Under the pieces are notes generated by a model. The model was not told the DNA's origin. It did no database searches and saw nothing but the letters and a program-made list of their open reading frames with translations. This document shows, one piece after another, positions 1-13,800 of a DNA stretch of 64,000 nt (position 1 is its first letter; the number at the start of each line of letters is the position of its first letter). A program made the translations under genes and the position numbers. Source of the stretch: Takakia lepidozioides (lineage: Eukaryota > Plantae > Bryophyta); the NCBI GenBank assembly GCA_030704615.1, contig CM060734.1:19654001-19718000 (forward strand), written 5' to 3'.

Positions 1-281
1 CTGTGCCCCACTGTATGTTATCTTCCATGCTACACAGACCATTGTCATTTACCCTTAAGAAAATTGAATTATCACCCTAAACGAGTTTCACATCGGCTCA
101 TGTCCAACGCATGAATATGGATTGTTGCCCTCAAATGGACATATTATACATGAGAGCATGCACAATTAACCTATCCCTAAACCTAAACCAGCACACATGG
201 CTACTCATCGAGGTCTTCACTTCAGAACCTCCCTGGGAGTTCATCAAAGGATAACTAACTCCAAAACTACAAGAAACTGAC

Positions 282-3200
282 CTGCTTGAGGAAAACATGG
301 AGCTGAGGATGAGAAGCAGGGTCAACGGTGACCTCAAAGAGAGGGATAAACACATTATCCAAAATTGTTTGGAAGGATGTCACAATACCCATTTCCTTGT
401 ACACATTATACAACCGCGGCAACTGCATCAACACATGAAAACCAAAGCACATCATTGAGTAGCAAAGTGCAGTCTGAAGAATTTCCAAGTGACGGATGAC
501 TTTCATACTCTTCATATATCTTTTCCTTCGATCTCCCCTTTCTATTTTATATTGTTTCTCTATTGATTCACCCTTTTCATACCTTCACGTGCACATTCGT
601 CTGAAGAATTTAACCTTGGGACAGCAAGTTATACATACTTGAATGAGCCACAGGACATTTTCACTATATAACTCGTTGTTAACAATCCAGCTAGCCAGCT
701 GATCCCACTCGCTCTGATTCCTCCCATATATTGATATTCTGTACTCTGCCATCTGCATCATGTGCATGCCACAATAGCAACAACCTCATGAAAAACTGTA
801 TACAGCTTCTCACAGGACAAATAACATGAGATTTCCAATTGCATAAACCAAGTACAGATAGCCAAACTATTTCCTTATTGCACTTACACAAGTCCAAATT
901 GAGAACTCCCAAGGTAGAAAGGTAGAAATGATGTATGCCATAGTATGGGGTCAAGCTACAATACTAGCCTCTAAGCTGTCTTCCGATTCAATCCCATGGG
1001 TTTCAGTGTTTTCTTGGATGCTTAAATTATTATTGCAAACTCCATGGTCAATACCCCAAGCAGCCTTGTCCTCTTCATGGCTTCAGATGCCAATACCAAT
1101 CTTTAAACTCTACATATTGCACTTTTGGCTGAGTGGTTCCTCATTAAGTTTCTTAGAATGTACTCATAAGACGTTTAGTGGCGATAGACCCCGTCCCAAG
1201 TTTGGGCTGAACAAAAGGGAATAGATACTACCTTTGTGAGGGGCCCTCCGGTAGTGTGACTGACCTTGATAAAGACAATTAGTTCGAGTTTCCCAGATAT
1301 CAAAGCCCTTCACACAAGCATCAATTTGCTGTGAGTGAGCTGCCCAGCAATTAGACCCCCAACAGGGCCAGGGCTTTAGGCTCACCCTCAAGATTTTCAA
1401 AGTTGGTGAACAGAGGTGCTCAAGTTTCTTAGACTTGGCTAGGTCGGTGTTAGGTGGTGAGCCACTTGGAAAGGTCTCTTAATAAGGCTGAGCTGATACC
1501 AGACATGATAAGCCACCTTGTCCCTATATTTACGGGAATCTATTACCCTATATTCCATGCCGTCATACTCAGCACGCCCAACGCTTAATGGAGGGCTATT
1601 GAGTCCTAACAGGCAGAAGAAGCATCTTAACCTACCGCACACCTTGAAAACCTCTGAGGCAATTGGCTGCATTAGTTGCATCAGCCTTGCCTACTTTCCA
1701 TATATCTGTCAACATATATTGTTCAAGACAGACAACAGTAGCAATTTGTCAACTGAGCAGCCGTTCTTGAAGCAGTGAATTGGATCACCTCCTTGAACTA
1801 ATGCTTGTTGGACATTTTGGTTCTAAAGAGCATCACACCTGAAGACAAGGAGTGACCTCATTTCACCAAAGCCTGAACATAGAAGTTCTCCTCATTTCTG
1901 AAGTGAGGACTTGATGTTGTTTGGATGTGAAAATATCTATGGCAGAATGTACTCATGACTTCCAAACAATAAATGATGGTCACGAGTCGCCACCCGCCAC
2001 CCATCTGTCTACAATTAGTCCTGAAACAGGCCTTGCTTCAATGAGGCAACACCAAAAAGCGAGGATTAATTAACGATTCAGACACAATGGCACATGTCAG
2101 TATTTTGAAAGAATCAGGAATGGGTATGAGATGCACCAAGCACACCAGGTTTGCGATTGTGACTGGGCTGAAGTGTCTGCATAGATCACCAGAAACCCAT
2201 GCGTTTGATAATCAATCACTGCAGCAAAAACCCACACCCACCTGGAGGAGCCCAAAGCTTAACAGACGGTGACTCCTGCTGAAGCAAGCATAACTTATGC
2301 AGTCACTTCACCCGAAGGGCTACTGCCTTCTGTGGAAGGGGGACAACTTTTGGCAGCAGTAACAGGGGCAACACGGTTGCCCAAACCTCCCCAAGGACTC
2401 AAAGGTTCCAGGTACCCCCACACGGTAGGTGTCCGGTTGACCCAGCGACCCTGCTTTTATAGCTGGGTTGGCTATAATGGGTGAATCCAACATATACATA
2501 TGCGGCTTTTAACCCATGACCTAACCACAGGCGATCTGTTGGATGCTAAGCTTAACAGACTGAAAAGTTGTTGAATCCAAGTACCTGTTGTTTTAGCTAT
2601 TACACAGTACAACGCTCCGAAGTCCAGACTCAGTGAGACCTTGAGATCTGTTAAAAGGTACTGCTCTTCTTTAGGTCAGGGTCTGAATAAGTCAGCCTCT
2701 GAGTGAGCAACAAAAGAGGGGTGGTTCAACCTGGTGTATGAACAGCTTCTTAGACCACAGTAGTTCAAATTTTCTCTGCTTGTGGGTAGCTTGCAGATTT
2801 TAAAGGAGCCCCAAGACAGTCATGAGAAAGGTCACATTGTCCCTCCACACGTGGATTTAAACCAGCGCATAACCAGCAGGATGTGGAAATGGCAAGCTGT
2901 CAGATAATACTGGACATCACAAATCATGGTCTAGTGCAATCGTTCATTTATTCAGATGGGATAAACAACCTCGTACTCCTTGGCTTGGGTTTTTGTCGAT
3001 GGAACGGGCAGGATCTTCTGTTTTACACACATTGGTCAGATGTTAAATACAGTACTACACAGAGCTTGTTCATGTCTGTAAACTGATGAACTTGAAAAAG
3101 TACCCAATTTGGGTATATTGGTCATCCATTTTTGCTACCGACCAGACAAACGGGAGACATTTCTCCAACGATGGATATCCAACGGGAAGTCATGGCCAGT

Positions 3201-6200
3201 AGATGGACTCCTGAATTGAGGAGCCTCTCACTGGAGGATGGATTCTGTGCGAACATCCTTTGTCAAATTGTTCTCTGGGAAGAACACTGTATTATAGGTG
3301 TAAAGGTCCCAGAAACAGGCTTGTGATATTCCACCCCAATTTAGTTTCAATGAATATAACGTGGTACCTAAGATGAGCAGCTTTGCGGGTGCCATATATT
3401 CCAGAAATTATTCAGAAATAAATAACCCGTAGTAATAACCTGATATTTACTCGCAGCCAGGTCCCAAAATACTTGTTTCGTTAACTCTGCCAAAAAGCGC
3501 CCTGTACACACAGTAGAGACCTTAGAGGGTCAGTCTTTGATGATCACACTGCATATCACTTGCCAGTTCACCAGGACGTGACAATTGCTAGCCACATACT
3601 CATGGTCAGTTAATGTCATACATTGCACAGCCACAGTCTTAGCTTTGAACATGGATGGTCATAGCCCTATACTTGCTGAGCCTCTTGCAGGTTACTACCC
3701 CTCCCCACTTTTGTGAGTAGCAGGGGAGGAAAATAGTGCCTTACCTCCCAACAAATCCCACCAAGAAACAAGGGACATAGAATTGTTATTTCGCTCCAAG
3801 GTACAAGCAGATAAGATTGAACCCATTCCTGCTACCACTCGGACAAACAGATTTTAGAGTTCAGTTCAGAATCATACTGACTCCACCTCAGAGGGCAATC
3901 CACAGCCACAAGAACAGTATTGCATGAGATAGAGTTCAACCCAACAAGCCAGGGGATGTGAGGTTCAGGGATGGAGATGCCAACCTTGTATAATATTGTC
4001 TTGCTTCAAGAAAATCTCCCTTAGCCTACTTTGGCCACAAGGATTGTACTTGAGATTAAATTTGTCAAAGCGATGAAAAGTGTTCTTGTCAGCATGTACA
4101 TCCAGCAAATCAACATTGAGGTCGTATCTGTTACCAATCCCCACGTACCACAGAATATGCCAGTTTGAATAAGCTCATCAAATTTTGACCATACAAATAG
4201 GAAAAGGAGAACTGTGATTTTTACGCCGTATGCTTGTAATAAAAGACGATCTGCAAGGGCCCCACGAGTATCAACATACAGTTCAACCCTCAACTTATGC
4301 TTTAGCATGCACAGACATTAAATTATACATGATTAGGGAATTCCTGGGAACCTTCTTACTACCTAGATTGATGGAAAGAAATGAAGGGACATGAATTAAA
4401 TCTAGACTGGCACCATGGGACAAGACCTCCCATCGAAGAAAGGAATTGAGAACTTGTCTGACCATGAGTCCACAGGGACACAGTAAAAAGATGTAGCTGG
4501 TTTCACTTGGAAAATAAAACACTTACCCAGTGAGATCCAGGCTTTGAAACACCTCTCTGAGTGTGAGGTATTTCCCATCCCGAAATATGACCACCTGCGC
4601 AACAGATTCAGACCCTCAGGGAGCAACCACTAGAGTCCCACAGTTTTGCGTAGGACCGAAAAGAGAGAATGTATCTGTCTTACAAGGCTACAACTGATAG
4701 ATTTTCAGATGTTATTGAGTTCCCAGAAAGATGTGAGGCATAGTCAGGAAGAAGGTCCATGGTGCATTTAGAAATTACTAGAAGGGGCCATGCACCCCCT
4801 CAAACCAAAACGTTATCTCACCTCATCAGGCTCCTTTCGGAGCTTTGATTTGATAAAGCGCAGGAGATGCTTCTGGTTCATGCACGATGAATGATGCACA
4901 TGGGTGTCAACTTTCCGTACATTGTAGAAATCTCGGTGTGGGGCACTCTTTTGTGCTAGAAACTCACGGTCTGCATTCAGCATCAGGTGAAGGCTGAACT
5001 TCTGCACCAATCCAAACAGTGTTAGAGGTACCTGGTCTGAGAGATACAGTTGAAGAATATTTTCCATATAAAACCAATATCTGTTCATAAGCTGACAATA
5101 CACTCTTGTAAAACCCAATGCAACACCCCTGCAGCATAGAGATCGAACCCCTTCCAATTTGTAGCAATCTCTAGAGAGGAAAGCAATAAATTGAATGACT
5201 TAACTGGCTTACCTGCTCCAACAATCGTAGGCGATGATGGCACAGGGTCCGCACATTGCCAAGTGCTATAATTCTGAGAATCCGATGCAGATCGGTAAAG
5301 AAAGTGGTGGCATCATATACGGGGAAAAGTTCTTCCCTCTCTGCAACCCCGATGAGAAAATGCAGGACTCATATTAACTACTTTGTATACACAGCGTGAT
5401 GTGCAAATCTGATGAGTACATAAAGAAAATGTTCATTAACAGATGCAGTGCAAATATTCAGTGTGTGTGGTGTTCGTTCGAAAGTATAGGAAGCAGACTC
5501 CTGAAATGATAACTCCACCAGATATGAAGGAAGGCTGATTATGGTGGTGAGATCGTGTCAAACCATGGTACAAGCATCTAACGAGTGTAAGTACGAGAAG
5601 CTCTGCAACAAAGTAGTAGTCGTACATACACATAACAGCCCAACCTCCCATCCACACAATCACTGGACTGGCTACTAAGAAAAGGTAATGTCCAAAGGGA
5701 TACAAAATTGAGCAGCCTTTACACAGGATGTGAAGCTATGTAGTAGCTGAGGTACTATACAACAAGAATACACTCCGAGTCAAATAGCTCTCACTGTAAG
5801 AATAGCAATGTAAAACATCTGGTCCAGACATTAATGGCTACTCTGGCAACACTGGAAAATAGCAAGTTCTGTGGTATTCAACTATAGTTTGAAGAAGAAA
5901 GCTGCAAAAACAGAGCTGCATACCTCCATTGCCCCCATAGACACGAACTACACCATCCACCATTTCGTATACATGCTGCACAACGACACCAGGGGCTGAG
6001 TTTAGTCATATAGTGTAGGGGAGGTCACTGGGTAGTACAGTGTCTCCCAATGTAAGGACTCCTGTGAATTGGAAATGCATTACAATACAGTTTATGAATT
6101 CCTTCCCACGTGTTTCTACATTATTACAAGAAACAGACATACAGTACAAGGGTGAATGATGATGATGGGCACTCCAAGCATGGAAATATAAATTAATCAA

Positions 6201-9200
6201 TGCTTGATATATTCCAGACCTTGAAGGGGAGGGGGGTAAGAGGGCAAGGATTTCCTTCCAACAAGGTAGATCAGCAGCACCCTGTTACTATTTCAAGAAT
6301 TCTCTTGCAACTAGATCCTTTCACAGGCATCTTGTGTTCATTTAGTGACTACTGGCAGTAAGTAGATCCTTTGAATCCAACCACCAACTGTAAGCGAGGA
6401 CACCAGATATTTCATAAACAAATTCACAACTCCTCATGGGCCATGGAAGAAAACATGCAGTCTTAAAATCATGTACCGCAGATGCTGGTTCAGGAGAGTA
6501 TTGAAAGGGGTCAGGGTTGGGCTTAGGGGTGCTGGGATCCGTAATCTCCTCCTTATGCCATGGGTGCATGTTTTCCCGAAACACGTATTTATCACGGAAG
6601 GCCATACACTCTTGCATCAAAATGCAAACCTCCTCCTCCTCCTTGGATGGTGCCTCTGATAAATCAAATTGCCCCACCCAAGTCAGTTTAGCTGTTCATA
6701 TTCTTCCTCGGGTGACTAAATCTCAAGCTGTGATTATTGGAGCTGTCAAAAGTCTATACCAAAATTTAGCCTGGATACCTTAAGATCTAACCACTGATTG
6801 GTGACACTCATTGAAGCTCTCTCAGAGAGACAAACCAAATCCAACCCCACACCAAAACAAAAGATCAGATTCTTTCAAGCAACATTGGCTTAGTCTGTAG
6901 GAAAACAGTCCGAGTGGCTTGATGGGACTTCACACTAACCTAAGTGTACTTGCTAATATTATTGCATCAACACACAATCCTTTTCTTTTGAAAAGAAGTG
7001 CCTCTGACCCGAATTTTGTGCTTGCGATCAAAATAAATAATGGCAGCGAAGGAAGGTAGAACCAATTACTGTGAAGGTTGGCTTTGACATAACCTGTATA
7101 GCACAGTACCTGCAGGATACCCTCTGGAACAGTTGTGGGGGTTTCAGCCCACTGGGATATGCATGCAACACTCAACCCCAACCTGCCATAGCCCTCATGG
7201 TTGGTCGGTAACAATCCTATGGGACCTCAATGTATTGCACTAGCATTGACCTCAAGGCTAGAAAGTATGAGTTCATTCCAGCACTGCTGCTAGAGCCATC
7301 CAGCTGGAAACATGTGAGAAGAGAAAACAGAGTAGACATAGTAAACTTAGAAAAGGAACCTGATAAAGTCCACTGGAAACTTGGAGAGCTTAAGGCACAA
7401 AGAAAGTAAGAAACCTGACTTCCACAACAACCTGATCATTACTAGTGGCTCGAATAAGAAAAGAAAAAAGATAGAAAGAAACTCTACAGCGTCTAGGGAG
7501 GGCCAAGGGGACAAAGCAAAACCACAAGAAAAACCAAATCGAAAGACACCAAATGTCGCCCAAAGATGAAGAACCTATCCAGGTAAACCTGGGAGAACCA
7601 CTAAAAAACAATTCAGACAACAAAGACGAAGTGCCTCATGAGAGAGGCAGAGAGAGAAGGGGGGGTCATCTGAAAGCATACCAATTGGTGTGACATTTAA
7701 CCTCACAAAGGTCTCCTGTTCAGGCTCCTTCCGAAGGATGTCGGCTGCAACCGGATCAGGGGCATGCAGGCCATGGAGGTCCCCAGGTATGCTGTGACTT
7801 CGTATCATGTTGGCTGCTGTCTTCTCACCAGGGGGCTTGGCTATTGTCTTCTCAACAGTAGGTGACTTCGCCTTCGCAATTGATTCGTCCTCCTTCAATA
7901 CATCATATTCAAATGATCAGTGCTTAAACCCTTGGAAATTGACCAACCCTTGTTAAGCCTAATTATTTGATTGGATCTAATGAGCTTCCTTTCCGACAAA
8001 CTTTTTGGCCCAAAAATGTGTTCAATGGCTAGGAAGTCCACCAGGGCCTGCCAGCTCACCAGGCATGAAATTCTGTTGAGGCTGACGGGACAACAGTGCG
8101 CAAAGCCTGCTTTCCTACATAGTCAGCAACACCACATGCCACATGTCATGCAGAGCTGACTGCCCCTGACATAGAAGCCTGTGCCAACTATTTCAGACCA
8201 TCATTCAGCTGGCATTGAACGGTTTGGATACAAATCCTGCAGACTCTCTCGATCCGACCATTGATTAAGAACAACACTTAGCTTCACAACAGGAAGGATA
8301 ATTGGCCTATTTATTCATTCAATCAGCACCTTGGATTTGGCTTCTTCCAATGCCTTAAGACAATCTGTTCAGAAACTAAAGGAAGTAGAATTTTGAAGAG
8401 GAAGGGACCCAACCAACCGGATTCAAAACCAACAAATTCGCTGGATCTCTCAAGCATTCCTCCCTCATCTTAAGCCTTTGCCTGACCATAGTGGGCTCAG
8501 AGCGGAGAAGATTACTGCCACAAGCCAGCCTCACCAACCCATCTCCAACCATTGCATCTGCGTCCATGATCTTGTTCTCATTGCCATGCCCATTTACCCC
8601 CATCAATGCCTCATGGATGATGAAGTTCTGCTCGTCTTCTTCATGCAATATATGGTCCTCTTCATCTGAACCTTCCACATTTTCAAATGCAGGCGACTTT
8701 GGCGTAGGGGGCCAGATAGCTGTGCCTTGACGCAGTACCTGTGGTGCCTGCCGCCATGAGGAGGTCCTGGTGTGTGTGCCACCTGTGTATCACACCAGTA
8801 TCTGCGTAAGCTCTATCAAACATTCCTCTCAGCATTCGGTTTCCCAGAACTCTAGATCTCCCTCTTGAATACAATTTGAGAACATAACATTCTTGTCCTT
8901 GATCTTGACCATTCTACAGAAGAGCTGGAGTATAGTGTGAAGTCAATTGGTGTTTGATCCTCTTAACGCAACCAAGACAATCTAACACGAATAGAAAGCC
9001 CTCTCTTCAGCCCTCTCTTCAGTTTCTCTTCCTCTCTGGTTGGGACCTCCTTTCTCTAATATTACTGTGCAGCATCTCCTGTCAACACATTATTTAACCA
9101 GTATAGCATCAAGATTGCAGCCAAGAAACATTAAATGCAAGTCTGTCAGCACGGCAACACCATGCAATTGCAGCCATGCGAAGGACAGTCCTACTGGATC

Positions 9201-10855
9201 CAGGTTGAACAACCAAAACACATTGTCTGCAATTTGATACGCGATGTGTGTCTATTCTTTGCTAGTGTGTTGATTAACCACTATAGGCAGACATGCAATT
9301 GTGTCCAGATAAGTTGCTCCTAATCGACGGTACCCAAAAGTGGCTTGCATGCCAGGTGGATACAGGTTCTCCTGGCTTTCTTTTAAATGGCGGAATTGAG
9401 CATTGCTATGAAAGGAAGTGGATTGGACTATTCTGTAAGAATATACTGCGGGAGATTACAAGCCGCCTTGGCAATGTCTAGGTAGCTAATGCCGGTTTCA
9501 AATCAGGACCTACACCACAGGGGATAAAAATACTCGATCATTTTTAACAACAGAAAAACTATGAGGAAGAGTTGGTCATTACAGGAAATTGAGATCATTT
9601 GACCCTAGTTAGGTAGTAATGACAGCACGAGGCCGGGGCGTCAACCCTAGGTACTGGATAAGCCCACGCCACAAATGTGGTAGAATTCTTCAGCTTAGAA
9701 TAGACACGACTGACGTCAGTATGAGATTCAGACACTAGGAATGTCAGAATACAGCATCGCCAGACTGACAATTGCTGATTGACCTAGAACAATCTACCTT
9801 TTTTTAATTATTTCAGTTTCATGTAGAAGTAGGCTATTACTGCCTAGCCGATGACTGCACTATCATCTCTTCTACAATTTTACAGTTGGCCTTCTCACAA
9901 AGCCCAGTCCGCTATCCCTTGCCACCACTATGAAACTGCAGTGCGCAACATTTATACCCTGGAGGATGTCAGGAATGGCTTCTTCATCACCAAATGAACT
10001 ATGACTACCAGACGATGCAATGCACTTCATAAGGTAAGCATCTACAGAATATAAAGCATGCCAGCCCTCTTGAACAATCCACCCATCACTGCCTTTATGA
10101 GTTCCCATCACCTGGCGAAAAAACATCCCCAGTACCTTGCATCCAGGCACTGCTTATGTGTGATGAGTAAATTTAACATGCATTGCCCTCACGCCTCGAC
10201 GCGTCAACTTTTCGATCCTTACGCATATTAGTTTCGATTAAACGAAAGCTCTTAGGTGCAGATCTTTTGAGCCTAGAGTTGCATGTATCACCAGTGCACT
10301 TGATTGCGAGTTCAATTCCAGTGAATCTGCGTGTCACGTTGTGAAAAAGCATGCGAGCATTCCCGGTTTCAACAGCATTGTTAACGCTAGAGGAAACTGC
10401 CACAAAATAACACAGCTAAGCCCTGAATTGAGAACAAATTGTTGAAGAAAAAACCGACCTTCTCGCCGTGTCTGAACCCGTGGAAGCCCCGGCGGTATCG
10501 CACTCAGAGACGAAAAAGAATGAGCTCTCTGCATACCAGAGGGAAACCCCTGTGCCCAATCCTCCATTCCTCCATATTTCCCATTCTCTGTCCCATTTGG
10601 CAATCCAACGTCCGGAAGCGAAGCAGTTCTGGCATGAGGCCCCTTCCTGGAGGATGGGCTTCGTCGGCGGGACAAGCCCCTGCCGTTTTTCCGCCGCCTC
10701 TGATCTTCAGATTCCGTATCCGTATCTATTCGCGCTAACATTTGATCCAGGGCCCTTCTATGCAACACGTATGCGGATGCCGCCGCAACACTGGCCCCAA
10801 ACATCGCTGCTGCTAAGAACGACCACCATGCTGCCTTTGTGGTAGACCCTTCCAT
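282..10855 (-). CDS. AMPD: AMP deaminase (plant FAC1-like), multi-exon, 3' end beyond window start
   Basis: Exons read at GT-AG junctions with consistent phase: 10459-10855, 8535-8782, 7682-7892, 6477-6655, 5924-5975, 5213-5340, 4822-5001, 4527-4594, 3985-4127, 3440-3501, 639-752, 282-422. N-terminal hydrophobic anchor ([14 protein letters not shown]), then [49 protein letters not shown] (Zn-binding HxH), [24 protein letters not shown] and [12 protein letters not shown] are all AMPD hallmarks. Exon 2/3 boundaries are the least certain. Confidence 0.96.
1159..1611. repeat. Dispersed intronic repeat (possible solo LTR, TG...CA ends)
   Basis: 1159-1420 aligns by eye with 36208-36485 (TGTACTCATAAGA..., CTACCTTTGTGAGGG, TTTCAAAGTTGGT.AACAGAGGT). 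Ends are TGTAC...TAACA; no TSD seen. Confidence 0.55.
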
Positions 10856-13800
10856 TCCTCAATGTTACGCTTCTCTCCTCCGAGAGAGGAGAGACACAAG
10901 ATACAAAGACCCGGCAAGAAATTTATCACTCGTTTTCAATCACACATTCTACTTTCTGAGGAACGAAACACAAGAATTATGTGGCATTCTCACAGCAAAA
11001 GAATTCTGCTCCGCCGTTAAAAAGGAAAACGAGCGAGAAACAGTCCGTCGCCTGGATCTGCTTCAATACAAAATGCGACGATTTCATTTCTCAAGAACCA
11101 TGCATAGCATGCAAGGGACCAAGCGCCCCTAGCAAGAAAGAAAAGGGAAAAAAGAAACCTCTGGCAGGAAGGTGCAGAACGAAGCAGAGCAGAGTGCACA
11201 CACTGCTCTGCTGCGCACCAAAGAGACGAGAGGGAGGGGAAATGACGGGCCCGGCCCAGCGACTCCCCGCTTACTATTGCCTCGCCCGGGCCTCTCCTTC
11301 ATCCGGTCTTCCGTATCGTATGTATAAGCCTCTGGAGGTCTGGAGTTCAAACCTCGCCACTCACAACCACGAGGATAAATACTAAAGACTTGGTAAAAAT
11401 GCGATTGCTTTTTTTTCAAATGGAACCTTCAGCCGAAAGAACCCATCCGTAGACAAGCGTCTTTATCATCTACCCGTACAGGAAAAGGATGAACGTAGCT
11501 ATCTCCAGCGCGGCCAGGTGGCAGGGGGCGGGGCCCACACTGGCAATAGAGAGGAGGTGCCAACGCACACGGGAACGGACCCAATGGGGTGGCGGTCTGG
11601 CAGGCGCGAGCCGCGGCTGACCGATACAAGATATACACGCCGTCCGTGCGCCTATCCGGTGGGGCCTGGGGCCCCGTACGGACGACGAACGATATCCGTA
11701 CCTCGTCCATTGACGGAGCGCTTTTAGGTGGCCCCGTCACCGACAAGGACGAGGACGGCACGATAATAGTGCATGGACAAAGTCAACCCGTGTGAACGTT
11801 GTCATCGTGCTGCTACGGACTACACGTGGCAGGGGCCGTCCACGTTGTCACCTCTATCGTATATGCCACCGTATACGCGGCAGCGTCCCGTAATTTGAGA
11901 TCCCGACACCTGGGTGGGTGCCAAGCGGGGTCCCGACACTTGGAATCCAGCGAGGTTAGGGATTTTATTTATTGTAATAGGTTGGATTGAATGAACCTTG
12001 AAATATTAACGTTTTTTCTGGAAATGAAATTAAGTCAGGCCTTTCTCTGTCTCCGCTCTTATCTACTCCATCCTTTCCATACTTCCTCTCCCATTTCTCT
12101 CCTATCTGGTTTTAGTTACAGGAGCAGTGTGTCATTTATCAGCCTTCATGGCCTTCTGTAAGGTTATCTTTTCCTTACTCTTTGTATCTCAGACATTTTG
12201 TCCACATTTTATAAAGTTTGAGGCCACCGTCCCTCTTCTCTTAAAAAAAAACAAAAACAAAAAATAAATAAATAAATAAATATCTTGCTGATAAAGGGAA
12301 AAAAGAGAAAAACCCTCAAGAAGCCATCCGAGTCAGGAGGCACATTACACAAGGTTGGGATTTTTTCTTAAACTGGGCCATAGATGGAGGATAAGCTTCG
12401 GGGAGCATGTACTGAGGCAGTGCCACGGATGGTCGTCGAACTCTCCTCTCGCACACACGAACTTGGCACATACAATCACACAAGGGCATAGAACCCACCC
12501 ACCCCTGAAAGAGGGCAGTACCCGCATGGGGAAGAGGCTCTTAATTACGCTAGCTTCGGTTGGCTCACGTCATATATATAACACACGAGGGCTCCCTTGG
12601 GGTCTACTTGTCCCATCGTTAGTACTATTTCTTGGACACTTTTCTCTTTATCTACCTACTTTTGCCCATGTCCTCTGGAAATGAGTGACGGTGCGCACAC
12701 GCTGTTGTTGGTCGTTAAGATGATAGATTTAACTGAAATGGGTGGTAGCAGACGGAGTGCGAAGATGGCTGTAGATACAAAAAGGGAGAGAAAAACCTCA
12801 AAGTGGTCAGCATTCGGACATTACATCAACATGATGTTGCTAACATCAGTGTTGCCGCAATTTGTGTGAAAATGTAGAGGCGACCCCCAAGCACTAAGGT
12901 AGAAATGTCTTTCATGGCGCACCAAGTTGGGTGAATGTAATAACTTTATGTACTTTTAACCTATGAGGTCATGTAATACCTTAATAAAAAGCTCTTTATA
13001 TGAGACTGGCAAATTTCTTTAGTTGAAAAATAAATGAAAAATTATCTTTGTCTAATATTAAAAAGTCTACAGAAATAGAGGATTTCAATGTTAGCATGTG
13101 GCGCACTTTGTTCCTATCATGGCTCATTCCTATCTTTTCTACATGGGATTGTAACCATTTTTATAGAGAAAAAAGGTACCATTGGAAAGCATTAAATGTG
13201 GTCTCAAGCATACGGGGATGGTTTGCTACGCAAGGCACCTAGGATTAGTCTTATATTTTTCCATATCGTAAGACAATATACGCGAAAAGGCTGAACAAAT
13301 GGAATATTGTAGGCTCTACTGAAACATCCATAAGCACTGTACTAAACTATGTTGCAAACCAATAACGGAAAAAAGCAAGTAGCGCATCAAACTTCGTTGA
13401 AACAATGACAAAAGAGATCCCTAGACACCATCACAACATATCAACATGTGTATATATCATTACTTATTAATAGTTTGCCTCTTTGAACTCCCAACAACTA
13501 AGGCTGCCACACACATGACTACGAATGTGCAATCTCGTTCTACCCTCAAGTGAATCTATTATGCCATGTCTTCATTTTCATATGTATATGCTCCTAGAGG
13601 TGATGCCAGCGGAGGTGATTATCATTGGCTTTGTTATCAGCAAACTTAATAGGAGGAACAATACATATCTAGCGCCATATACCATCATTTAACAGTAGTA
13701 CACATTTCACAAAATATACTTTGTCAGATATTGTGGCAGGTGATGGAAAATGCAGATTTCAAAGTAGAACGAATGCTTTGGTGTACACATAACTCCAGCA

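Noticed and set aside
10439-11795. Several overlapping ORFs in the GC-rich AMPD 5' region
   Set aside because: Antisense to exon 1 or promoter/UTR sequence with few stops because of GC content; no motifs.
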